Source of the DNA: Candidatus Multivorans sp.
GTDB taxonomy: Bacteria > Acidobacteriota > Thermoanaerobaculia > Multivoradales > Multivoraceae
Reading direction: 5' to 3'
Assembly: GCA_965247095.1 (NCBI GenBank)
Contig: OZ251997.1
Coordinates: forward strand, 2,080,001-2,144,000
DNA length: 64,000 nt
This document shows positions 48,082 to 56,562 of this stretch, piece by piece. Below the pieces are notes generated by a model. That model was not told the origin of the DNA. It ran no database searches and saw nothing but the letters and a program-made list of their open reading frames with translations. Each line of letters starts with the position of its first letter. Positions within the stretch are counted from its first letter, which is position 1. Made by a program: the position numbers and the translations under genes.

Positions 48082-48767
48082 CTCTCCTGTTCCTCGAAGC
48101 GCTGCTCGGGGGGCAGATGCTCATCCCTGACCACGGAGCGCAACTCTACGTCTTCCTCTACGTCGAGGTCCGTCACTCGCTCCGGCAGCGCGCCGTAGTC
48201 GCGCCGCGAGAGGGCGAGGTTCCCCAGTCTGGCGGCGACGGCCCCAGCTCCCAGCAGCGCCTTGAGTCCAAAGTCCGTCACCGTGCCGCCTTTCAGCAGA
48301 AACTCCGCGATCGCATCCGCGCGCGCCATGACGGTGTCGATCGAACGCAGACGTTGGAGGAAGACTCTTGTATTGGGAGAGGAGTCACCCTCCAGAGCCG
48401 GAATCCAGTCGCGCATATTCTCACGGATCGGATCCCATTCCCGTCGCTTGCGGATCTGGACGACGTTGCGGAGCACACGCTCAAGGTCGGTCTCCGGGCG
48501 GTAGACGACCCGCCGCGCCCCTGCGACGCGCTCGGGCGCAATCAGCTTCCATTCGCGGAGTTCCCGGCAGGCCATCGACACCGCGCCGCGGCTGAGTTCA
48601 AGGCCCGCCATGATCTCCTGAGCGTCGGCGGGTTCACTGCGCGACATCAGCCAGCCGAAGACCCTGGCGGTAGTCGGCGGCACGCCCCAGAAGGTCCCCA
48701 GCGCGCCCCAGAGCTGCACGAACTCTTCACGAACCCGATCTACGCTGTCTGAAGGTCCGTCCGTCAT
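48078..48767 (-). CDS. GbsR/MarR-family transcriptional regulator
   Basis: FVQLWGALGTFWGVPPTTARV, LELSRGAVSMACRELREW, RKRREWDP; overlaps the downstream gene. Confidence 0.85.
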   Translation of the reverse strand: MTDGPSDSVDRVREEFVQLWGALGTFWGVPPTTARVFGWLMSRSEPADAQEIMAGLELSRGAVSMACRELREWKLIAPERVAGARRVVYRPETDLERVLRNVVQIRKRREWDPIRENMRDWIPALEGDSSPNTRVFLQRLRSIDTVMARADAIAEFLLKGGTVTDFGLKALLGAGAVAARLGNLALSRRDYGALPERVTDLDVEEDVELRSVVRDEHLPPEQRFEEQES

Positions 48768-48795
48768 GAACGTCGCCCTGGGTTCTTCTGCATGA

Positions 48796-49680
48796 TCACT
48801 CGTTCACGCGGAGTTCAACGTGCCGCAGCCGTACGGTGACCCGGCCCGCAGGCGGGAGCCTACCGCTAATCGACACTGGCAGTTGAAGTTCTCTCGCCGC
48901 GAGGATCTCGATCTCGCCCTCCAGCCCCAACAACTCGAAGTCCTCGGCCCTTCCCTCCCGGCCGATGGCGACCGGCGTCAGCGTGAAGTGAACCAGGGTC
49001 AGGTCCTCCGGGGACGACCCGCCGGCAATCGTAAACCCGGGCACAGCCTGAACCACCTCCGGATCCCGGTCGATCCGAACGGCCAGCACCTGCCTGTTTG
49101 AGAACACCGGAACGGTCCTGCTCGCCACACCGGCTTCGGCCGGCAGCGCCGCCAACCGCCCCACCAGGTGCAGAAGGGCCGACGGCTCAGACAGCGGCGC
49201 CGCGAGTCCCGCCGGCACCTCGTAAGCAAGCGGATAGCGGTGCGTCCATTCCGAGACAGGCAGGTCGGCCTCTCCAGCGTTCGGCGTCGCCCTCTCCGCC
49301 TCTACGCTGCCCTCACAGAACGTGTAGCTCTTGTAGCGATTCCGGCCGCCCCGCTCCTCCTGAATCCGGATATGGGCCTGGAGGCTCTCCGGATCGAACC
49401 ACAGCGAGAACGTCGAACGCCGGCCCAGCATCGAGGACTCGATGCTGATCCGCGCGGCCGAGGCCGGCAACGAGGGGCGGCCCGCACAGTGGTCGTTGGC
49501 CGGCAGCGCGGCCGTGGGATCGAACTCGACCGCGGCATCCACGGAGAGAAAGAGCTTCTTCGCCCGAAACTCGAGTCGTTGCCACGGCGGCTCACTGCCG
49601 GCCACCGCAACCGGCAATGCCGCCGCCAGGACGGCTACGAACGCGGCAGCCGCCCTCAGTTCCCGCTCCACGCCGAACAC
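48796..49680 (-). CDS. Secreted hypothetical protein (beta-rich, possibly DUF3108-like)
   Basis: Signal peptide; codirectional between the amidase and the regulator; no clear motif. Confidence 0.6.
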   Translation of the reverse strand: MFGVERELRAAAAFVAVLAAALPVAVAGSEPPWQRLEFRAKKLFLSVDAAVEFDPTAALPANDHCAGRPSLPASAARISIESSMLGRRSTFSLWFDPESLQAHIRIQEERGGRNRYKSYTFCEGSVEAERATPNAGEADLPVSEWTHRYPLAYEVPAGLAAPLSEPSALLHLVGRLAALPAEAGVASRTVPVFSNRQVLAVRIDRDPEVVQAVPGFTIAGGSSPEDLTLVHFTLTPVAIGREGRAEDFELLGLEGEIEILAARELQLPVSISGRLPPAGRVTVRLRHVELRVNE

Positions 49681-51110
49681 GGCGGTCTGCGACCGATCCA
49701 GGGCCTGTTACGTTCGAGCTGGCCGGCCAACCGCAACAGTAACCCCTCGCCTCCCATGGGGGCGGCAAGCTGAACGCCGATCGGCAGACCGGCGTCGGGT
49801 TCGGTCCAGCCAAGCGGCACTGACGCGGCCGGATTTCCCGCCACGTTCATCAGTTGCGTGAAACCGATCGTCTGGAGCAGCGCGGGCAGGTAGTCGTCGC
49901 CCCAATTCGATAGCGACAGGAGGCCGAGCGTCGCCGGCGGCGCCGCCATCGTCGGCGACAGGAGGACGTCGTAGCCACCCGAGAAGAAGGCGGCCACCTG
50001 GCGGCCGACCGCGTGCACCGTGCGCGTCGCGCGAACGTAGGCGGCGGAGTCGTACTCCTCCGCCACGGCGGCCATGGCCCAGGTCTGCGGTTCCAGTTCG
50101 TCTTCGCGCGCCTTCCGGCCGAGTGCCTCGGAACGTTCCGTCACCGTGGCGCGGACGTTGGCGCCCACGATCAGCCGGGTAGCACTGCCCAGCGAGGCGG
50201 CGTCGATTTCCGGCGCCGCCTCCTCCACCTCGTGTCCCATCTCCAAGCAGAGGCGGGCGGTCTCCTCGGCCGCGGCGACGCAGGACGGATGAACCGCGGC
50301 GCCGTTGAACGCCCTTACAGTCAGGGCGATCCGCAACCGCCCCGGTTCCCGGCCGACTTCTTCCAGGAAGGGACGCTCCGGCGCCAGCGCCGCGTAAGGG
50401 TCGCCCGCCACCGGCCCGGCCACCGCATCGAGCAGCGCGGCGCTGTCGCGCACCGTGCGGCTCACACAGTGCTGGACCGAGAGACCGGCCCACCCCTCGC
50501 CGGCATCCGGGGCCAGCGACACGCGGGCGCGACTCGGCTTGAGGCCGAACAACCCGCAGCACGACGCCGGGATCCGGATCGAGCCGCCACCGTCGCTGGC
50601 GTGAGCGGCCGGTACGATGCCCGCCGCCACCGCGGCGGCGGCGCCGCCCGACGAGCCGCCCGCGATGTGCTCCAGGTTCCACGGATTGCGGGTCTGACCG
50701 AAGATCGCCGACTCGGTGCTGGTCGTGAGCCCGAACTCCGGCGAAGCGCTGCGGCCCGCGATCAACAGGCCGGCCTGGCGGTAGCGGCGGACCATCTCGG
50801 AGTCGTGGTCGGGCACGTTGCCGGCGAACAAACGGCTGCCGTTCGTCATCGGCAGACCGTCGGCGGCCGCGTAGAGGTCCTTCAAGAGGTAGGGGACGCC
50901 GGCGAACGGTCCGCCCGCCGCCACCGCTTCCGGCGCCGCGGCCGCGGCGCGCTCGAAGTCCGAGTACACGATCGCATTCAGGGCGCCGTTCAACTCGGAG
51001 GCGATGGCGGCAGCGCACTCGACCGCCTCGGCCGGCGCCAGCTCTCCTGAGCGCAGCAGGCGCGCCAGTTCCAGTCCGTCGCTCTCCAGGTACGTCGCTC
51101 TGAGACTCAC
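49656..51110 (-). CDS. Amidase-signature family enzyme
   Basis: GVPYLLKDL, TRNPWN, GGSSGG, SDGGGSIRIPAS; GTG 51110 with RBS GGAGGGAGG. Confidence 0.92.
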   Translation of the reverse strand: MSLRATYLESDGLELARLLRSGELAPAEAVECAAAIASELNGALNAIVYSDFERAAAAAPEAVAAGGPFAGVPYLLKDLYAAADGLPMTNGSRLFAGNVPDHDSEMVRRYRQAGLLIAGRSASPEFGLTTSTESAIFGQTRNPWNLEHIAGGSSGGAAAAVAAGIVPAAHASDGGGSIRIPASCCGLFGLKPSRARVSLAPDAGEGWAGLSVQHCVSRTVRDSAALLDAVAGPVAGDPYAALAPERPFLEEVGREPGRLRIALTVRAFNGAAVHPSCVAAAEETARLCLEMGHEVEEAAPEIDAASLGSATRLIVGANVRATVTERSEALGRKAREDELEPQTWAMAAVAEEYDSAAYVRATRTVHAVGRQVAAFFSGGYDVLLSPTMAAPPATLGLLSLSNWGDDYLPALLQTIGFTQLMNVAGNPAASVPLGWTEPDAGLPIGVQLAAPMGGEGLLLRLAGQLERNRPWIGRRPPCSAWSGN

Positions 51111-51167
51111 GGGGCCTCCCTCCAGGTCCGGACAGACCGTTGCCCGGCAGACCGGAAGCGTACCGCG

Positions 51168-51238
51168 TTCCATCCGAGCGCCCGATGACGGGCGCTCGGA
51201 CTGGTTCACGGGTGGCGCGAACCGCGCCACCCGGGTTC
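51168..51238 (-). repeat. 71-bp double-hairpin REP-like element, copy B
   Basis: Reverse complement of 36916-36986 with 3 differences, all in unpaired positions. Confidence 0.9.
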
Positions 51239-51310
51239 GCCTTGAGGGACCGTCACCCGTCCGGGCAGTGCCCAGGCCGCGAGATATGCATGATCGTCTA
51301 TAGTCGAGCC

Positions 51311-52138
51311 ATGGCCCACCTTCGCTCGCTAGTCACGTTGGTTTCCATCGCCACACTGTCCTTTTCGACGCCCGCGGCGGCCCAGACCGCGTCGCCGGGC
51401 AGTCTCGTCCACTGGCAGGGCGAGGGGATCACGCGCTGCTTCATCGGCGACCGGGCGTTCGCAGCAACCGACGTCGACGGTCAACCAGGATGCCTGGTTC
51501 CAGTCGGCCTCACCCGAACCGACGACATCGTGGCCGAGCGGGACCGGGACGGCCGGCGCGAGCGCCTGCGAATCGGCCTCGGGGAATACCCCTATTCGGT
51601 GCAGCGGCTGCATATCAAGGACCAGAGCCGGGTCGACCTCTCGCCCGAGGACCAGGCCCGCGTGGCGCGCGAGAACGCGCTGATCGCGAAGCTCTGGGCG
51701 CGGCAGGGAGAGCCGCGCTTCTCCCTACCCCTGGGAGCGCCTCTCGAAGACACCCCGGACGGCGGCCGCTTCGGCGCCAAGCGCATCATCAATGGCGAAC
51801 CTCGCTCGCCGCACACCGGCGCCGACTATGGGGTTCCCCAGGGCACACCTGTGCTGGCGGTCGACGACGCTGTCGTCGCGCTGACCGGCGAGTTCTTCTT
51901 CTCCGGCAACGCCGTCTTTCTCGACCACGGCAACGGCCTGATCAGCATGTACTTCCACCTCCACGAGGTGTTCGTCGAGCAAGGCGAAGAGGTTTCCCGC
52001 GGCCGCCTGATCGGCAGCGTCGGCTCGACCGGCCGTTCGACCGGACCGCACCTGCATTTCGGCATTCGCTGGCAAGGCGCGCGGGTCGACCCCGCCTTGC
52101 TCCTTGGCAGGCCGGCCGCGATTCAGACCGTTCACTAA
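51311..52138 (+). CDS. M23 family metallopeptidase
   Basis: Signal peptide; HTGAD, DHGNG, YFHL, STGPHLHF. Confidence 0.92.
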   Translation: MAHLRSLVTLVSIATLSFSTPAAAQTASPGSLVHWQGEGITRCFIGDRAFAATDVDGQPGCLVPVGLTRTDDIVAERDRDGRRERLRIGLGEYPYSVQRLHIKDQSRVDLSPEDQARVARENALIAKLWARQGEPRFSLPLGAPLEDTPDGGRFGAKRIINGEPRSPHTGADYGVPQGTPVLAVDDAVVALTGEFFFSGNAVFLDHGNGLISMYFHLHEVFVEQGEEVSRGRLIGSVGSTGRSTGPHLHFGIRWQGARVDPALLLGRPAAIQTVH

Positions 52139-52176
52139 GTCCTGACCCGGGGGGCGGCAGCGCCCGGGAATCAGCG

Positions 52177-52953
52177 CTATCGACCGTAGAGTCGGCGCGT
52201 GTTGTCGCTGACGGCCGATGCCACATCTTCCTCGGCAACGCCCTTCAACTCGGCGATGGCCCGCAGGGAGACCAGGGCGTTCGCCGGTTCGTTGCGCTGA
52301 TCGCGCGTCGGTCCGAGCACCGGACTGTCCGTCTCGAGCAGGAGGCACGTGAGCGGTAGACGCCGCACGAGCTTCTGCTTCTGCGGTGAGCGGACGATGG
52401 ACGGCGGCACGGAGAAGAAGTAGCCCGCCTCGACCGCCGGCTCGGCGCGGACGGCGCGGCCGTCGAAAGCGTGAAGTTGTACCCGCTTCGCTCCCCGTTC
52501 GCGCAGTAGATCGATCGCGTAGTGCCCCGCCGAACGGGAGTGAACGTTGAGCGGCAGGTCGAGCTCGATCGAGAGATCGATGAAGAGGGCGAAGATCTCC
52601 CGCTGGAGCGCCAGCTCCCGTTCGTCTCGCACTTTCCAACGGTCGAGGCCGACTTCGCCGATGGCGGCCAGCCGCGATCGCTCCCGCCGGATCAGGTCGG
52701 CGATTCTCTCCGCCTCGGCCATATCGAGGTGCGTCGGATAGAGGCCCGCTGCCGGGCGGACGATGCCTGCATAGCGCTCCGCCAGCTCCAGGTTCCGCTC
52801 CGCGTCGGCCCGCGTTTCGCCGACCGCGACCACCGCATCGACGCCAACCTCCCGGGCCCGCCTCAGAACCTCGCCGAGGTCGGCTGCGAAGCTCGGGTCG
52901 CACAGGTGGGCGTGACAGTCGGTGAGCCCGGAGAATCCAACCGCCGCGCTCAT
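52177..52953 (-). CDS. tatD: TatD family DNase
   Basis: DCHAHL, AIGEVGLD, LNVHSR, LHAF, LLETDSP, RNEP. Confidence 0.9.
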   Translation of the reverse strand: MSAAVGFSGLTDCHAHLCDPSFAADLGEVLRRAREVGVDAVVAVGETRADAERNLELAERYAGIVRPAAGLYPTHLDMAEAERIADLIRRERSRLAAIGEVGLDRWKVRDERELALQREIFALFIDLSIELDLPLNVHSRSAGHYAIDLLRERGAKRVQLHAFDGRAVRAEPAVEAGYFFSVPPSIVRSPQKQKLVRRLPLTCLLLETDSPVLGPTRDQRNEPANALVSLRAIAELKGVAEEDVASAVSDNTRRLYGR

Positions 52954-53882
52954 CAGGGGCGCACCCCACCAGTCCGGGCGCGGACGGCGCCCAAGCGCTC
53001 CTCCAACTCCTCCGCCGTCTTCGGCCAATCGGACTTCAGCAGCCGCGAAAGAGCCCGATCGGCGAGGAGCCGGCCGCCGGTCTGGCAGCGGGCGCAGTAG
53101 TTGCACTCGTTCCCGGCGTAAACGATGCGCTGCACAGGCGCACCGCAGGCAGGGCACGGCGCCCGGTAGCGGCCGTGGACCGCCATCTCATCGTGAAAGG
53201 CGGTCACCTTGGTTGGAAACCGGCCTCCCGCTTCTGCCCGCAAGCGGTCCGTCCACTCGCCCAGCACTGCCATCGCGGCCCGATACAACTCGTCGATCTG
53301 TTCCCCGCTGAGGCGGGTCGTCCAACGCATCGGCGACAGGCGCGCGCGATGGAGGATCTCGTCCGAGTAGGCGTTACCGATGCCACTGAACAGCCGGGGG
53401 TCGATCAGCGCCCGCTTCAGGGTGTGGTTCTCCGCTACAAGTCGCGCCCGGAACGCCCGCCGGCCGCACTCCAGCACTTCGAGTCCACCCCGGTCCAGCA
53501 TCGCCAGGCCTTCCTCGCCCGCAACGAGGTGCATCGCCGCGCGCCGCTTGCTGCCGGCTTCGGTCAGGAGCAACGTGCCGTGGTCGAAGTCGAACGCGGC
53601 CAGTCCCACCCGGCTCGGCAGCTTGGCCGCGACGCCGCCCCACCGGAAGCGGCCAGCGATCATCAGGTGAATGGCCAGGAACAGCTCGCCCTCCAGGCAG
53701 AGCACGATCCTCTTGCCGACCCGCCGCACCCCAAGGACGGCGCGCCCCTCCGCCTCGGACAGCGGGGGCCGCACGGAGCGCAGCAGGAAGGGACTGCGCA
53801 GGCGAATGCCCGTCAGCTCACGGCCTGCGACCCGCTGCTCGATCGCCTCGCGGTAGACGACGACGTCAGGCAGTTCCGGCAT
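52953..53882 (-). CDS. Fpg/Nei family DNA glycosylase
   Basis: MPELPD N-terminus, RRVGK, HLMIAGR, H2TH SGIGNAYSDEIL, zinc finger CPAC...CARCQ. Confidence 0.92.
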   Translation of the reverse strand: MPELPDVVVYREAIEQRVAGRELTGIRLRSPFLLRSVRPPLSEAEGRAVLGVRRVGKRIVLCLEGELFLAIHLMIAGRFRWGGVAAKLPSRVGLAAFDFDHGTLLLTEAGSKRRAAMHLVAGEEGLAMLDRGGLEVLECGRRAFRARLVAENHTLKRALIDPRLFSGIGNAYSDEILHRARLSPMRWTTRLSGEQIDELYRAAMAVLGEWTDRLRAEAGGRFPTKVTAFHDEMAVHGRYRAPCPACGAPVQRIVYAGNECNYCARCQTGGRLLADRALSRLLKSDWPKTAEELEERLGAVRARTGGVRP

Positions 53883-53915
53883 CCGACTGCTAGCGGATCG
53901 TGCCGATGGGCGGCT

Positions 53916-54734
53916 TCACGGTGCGCCACCGGCCAACGTTCGCCGCAGAGCGCGCGACTCGGCAAGCAGCTCCCGAGCGGCGGCGAGAACCGCGCCATCG
54001 CCCGCTCCAAGCGGCACAGCCGCTTCGGCCGACGAAACCCGAACCGCGAGATCCGTGGCCTGGTCGTCCGGATCGCCCAAGCCGGCGTCCCGACTCTGCC
54101 GCAGCGAAGCCAGGAGAAGATCCCGCACCTGCTCCGCGTTGTCCAGTCCTTGCAGAAGGCCGCGGCTCAGAGCGTCGTCGTCGTCGTCCGACCCGGCGCC
54201 GCTGGCGGTACGGATCTCCAGGTCGGCGATACCGAACAGCCGCTGCAGGGGACCACGTTTCACCGCCATGTTCTGGATGTTCACTACCGTCATCGTCTGC
54301 TCGCGGACGCTGTAGATGCCGTAGCGGATACGAAGCGCGCGGTCGCTGACCATGTACCAGCGCATCTCGTAGCCCAGCCGGAGCACGAAGTAGGAAGCCG
54401 GCAACTGAACGAAGAACAGAACGATCAGAAGCGGCCCCGCCGCGGCAGTGAATCGCGACCACGGCCCGAACTCGATGAACTCGAATCCGATCGTCGACGC
54501 GATCAGACCGAAGAGGGCGGCCGTCTGCCCAAGTCCCCACTTCAACAAGCTGTACCGAAAGAACCGCGGCGAAGCCCGGAACACCCGCAGCGACTCCGGC
54601 GATCCCGGCGGCGGCTCGGGATGCTCTTCTACCTGAAACACTCGCAGCAGCAGACGTTTCAGGCCAGATTGCGCCCGACCGCCGTCGTCGCCGCCTTCCA
54701 GCCCCTCCCTCATGGCGTCTCCACGATCCCTCAA
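53916..54734 (-). CDS. Bacterial PH-domain (bPH_2, YdbS/T-like) membrane protein
   Basis: Two TMs, then YMVSDRALRIRYG...IQNMAVKRGPLQRLFGIADLEIRTASG. Confidence 0.8.
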   Translation of the reverse strand: MRDRGDAMREGLEGGDDGGRAQSGLKRLLLRVFQVEEHPEPPPGSPESLRVFRASPRFFRYSLLKWGLGQTAALFGLIASTIGFEFIEFGPWSRFTAAAGPLLIVLFFVQLPASYFVLRLGYEMRWYMVSDRALRIRYGIYSVREQTMTVVNIQNMAVKRGPLQRLFGIADLEIRTASGAGSDDDDDALSRGLLQGLDNAEQVRDLLLASLRQSRDAGLGDPDDQATDLAVRVSSAEAAVPLGAGDGAVLAAARELLAESRALRRTLAGGAP

Positions 54735-55306
54735 TCCGAACTCCGCTGTTCCAGCTCGGCCCGGATCGCGGCCATTTCTCGAGCGATCTCCCGCAGCGTC
54801 GATGCCAGGGCGGCCGAGTCATCCGCAGCCACCTGCGCTGGGGCCGCGGTAGCCGCCGCGCCGGCACGCGCGCCGCGCATCCGGCTGTACATGAAGTTGC
54901 GAACCGCCGACAACTCCAACACGCCCTCGACCTTCATTTCCGCCTTGGCCGAACCGCTCGCGGTCTGAACCAGCAGACGCGAAAGGCCCAACCACCGCTC
55001 GACGGCGTTGCTCTGTACGTGGATGTCCTGGATGCGGCTGTAGGTGAGGCTGATCTCGCGCTTGAACAGCGCGCCCCAACTCATCGTCACGCCTTCGTCG
55101 TCAAAGCGGTAGTTGAGCGTGCGGTAGCGAAGGAACAGAAAGGCGAAGACGAAGGGAAACGCGGGACCGGTGATCAGGGAGAACAGCACGTAGTACCGGA
55201 GCAGCTTGGGGTGGGGGCGGCGGAGCGCCCGCACCCGGTCTTCGGCGCTGTTCTCGGGCGGCGCGTCCGCTCTCCCGGCCAAACCGTTCCGGGTATCGCT
55301 CGTCAA
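54731..55306 (-). CDS. Bacterial PH-domain (bPH_2, YdbS-like) membrane protein
   Basis: TM hairpin, then YRFDDEG...YSRIQDI...ERWLGLSRLLVQTASGS. Confidence 0.82.
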   Translation of the reverse strand: MTSDTRNGLAGRADAPPENSAEDRVRALRRPHPKLLRYYVLFSLITGPAFPFVFAFLFLRYRTLNYRFDDEGVTMSWGALFKREISLTYSRIQDIHVQSNAVERWLGLSRLLVQTASGSAKAEMKVEGVLELSAVRNFMYSRMRGARAGAAATAAPAQVAADDSAALASTLREIAREMAAIRAELEQRSSD

Positions 55307-56499
55307 GCCGTCAACACCTTCTCGATCCGGTCCAACGCCCAGTCCAGCTCGTCCTGCGCAATCACCAGGGGCGGCGCGAAGCGGATCACGTGGTCATGGG
55401 TTTCCTTGCACAGCAGGCCCTGCTCGGCCAAACGCTCACAATAGCGCCGCGCGCCGCCGGCCGATTCGTGGAGTTCGATGCCGATCCACAAGCCGCGGCC
55501 CCTGACCTCGCGAACGCAGGACGCCTCAACGCCGCGCAGCCGCCGCAGCGCGCGCGCGCCGAGGCGGGCCGAGTTCTCAACCAGCCGCTCCTCCCGCAGC
55601 ACCGCGAGAGCCGCGCGCGCCACCGCCGCTCCAACCGGATTGCCGCCGTAGGTCGAACCGTGGTCGCCGGGCCTGAACACATCCATGATCTCGGCATCCG
55701 CGACCACCACCGACACCGGGTACAGGCCGCCCGACAGGGCCTTCCCCAGGAGCATCACGTCCGGGCGGACACCGTCATGCTCGCACGCGAACATCGTGCC
55801 CGTGCGGCCCAGGCCCGACTGGATCTCATCGGCAATCAGGAGTGTGTTCCTCTCGTGGCAGACCTCTCGCAGCTCGGCCAGGAAACCGTCCGGAGGGACG
55901 ATGATCCCGCCCTCGCCCTGAATCGGCTCGACGAGCACAGCCGCCGTGTTCGGACCGACCGCCGCCCGCGCCGCGGACCCGTCGCCGAACGGCAACAGCT
56001 CGAAACCCGGCGTGAAGGGGCCGAACCCGTCGCGGTACTGCTCTTCGCTCGAGAAGCCGACGATCGTCGTCGTGCGGCCGTGGAAGTTGTTGCCGAAGGC
56101 GAGGATCTCCGCCTTGCCCGGCTCCACGCCCTTCTTCGTGTAGGCCCACTTCCGCGCCAGCTTGATCGCGGTCTCCACCGCCTCGGCGCCCGTGTTCATC
56201 GGCAGCGCGCGCTCGAATCCAGTCAGCTCGCAGACATCGCGGAAGAAAGCACCAAGCTCTGCGTTGCGGAAGGCCCGCGAAGTGACCGCCACCTTACGGC
56301 TCTGCCTGATCAGAGCCTCCACTATCCGCGGGTGGCAATGACCCTGGTTGACCGCGGAATAGGCCGCGAGACAGTCGAGGTAGCGCCGACCCTCGATGTC
56401 CCAGACCCAGACGCCTTCGGCGCGGTCGATGACGATGTCGAGCGGCGCATAGTTCCGCGCGCCGTACCGTTCCTCTAGCTCTAGTTCCCTCGGCTTCAT
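55303..56499 (-). CDS. rocD: Ornithine--oxo-acid aminotransferase
   Basis: NYAPL, DCLAAYSAVNQGHCHP, PMNTGAEAVETA, EPIQGEGG, DEIQSGLGRTG, GKALSGG, HGSTYGGNP. Confidence 0.95.
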   Translation of the reverse strand: MKPRELELEERYGARNYAPLDIVIDRAEGVWVWDIEGRRYLDCLAAYSAVNQGHCHPRIVEALIRQSRKVAVTSRAFRNAELGAFFRDVCELTGFERALPMNTGAEAVETAIKLARKWAYTKKGVEPGKAEILAFGNNFHGRTTTIVGFSSEEQYRDGFGPFTPGFELLPFGDGSAARAAVGPNTAAVLVEPIQGEGGIIVPPDGFLAELREVCHERNTLLIADEIQSGLGRTGTMFACEHDGVRPDVMLLGKALSGGLYPVSVVVADAEIMDVFRPGDHGSTYGGNPVGAAVARAALAVLREERLVENSARLGARALRRLRGVEASCVREVRGRGLWIGIELHESAGGARRYCERLAEQGLLCKETHDHVIRFAPPLVIAQDELDWALDRIEKVLTA

Positions 56500-56562
56500 G
56501 GCAACTCCGCGCGCAGCCCCGCTGCCCGGCGCGGGGCGACCCCTCTGAAGTCCGTTCGACGA

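Noticed and set aside
52177-53882. TatD plus Fpg/Nei pair as an anti-phage defence system
   Set aside because: Both look like housekeeping DNA-repair enzymes in a mixed operon; no defence-type partners or mobile-island signatures nearby.
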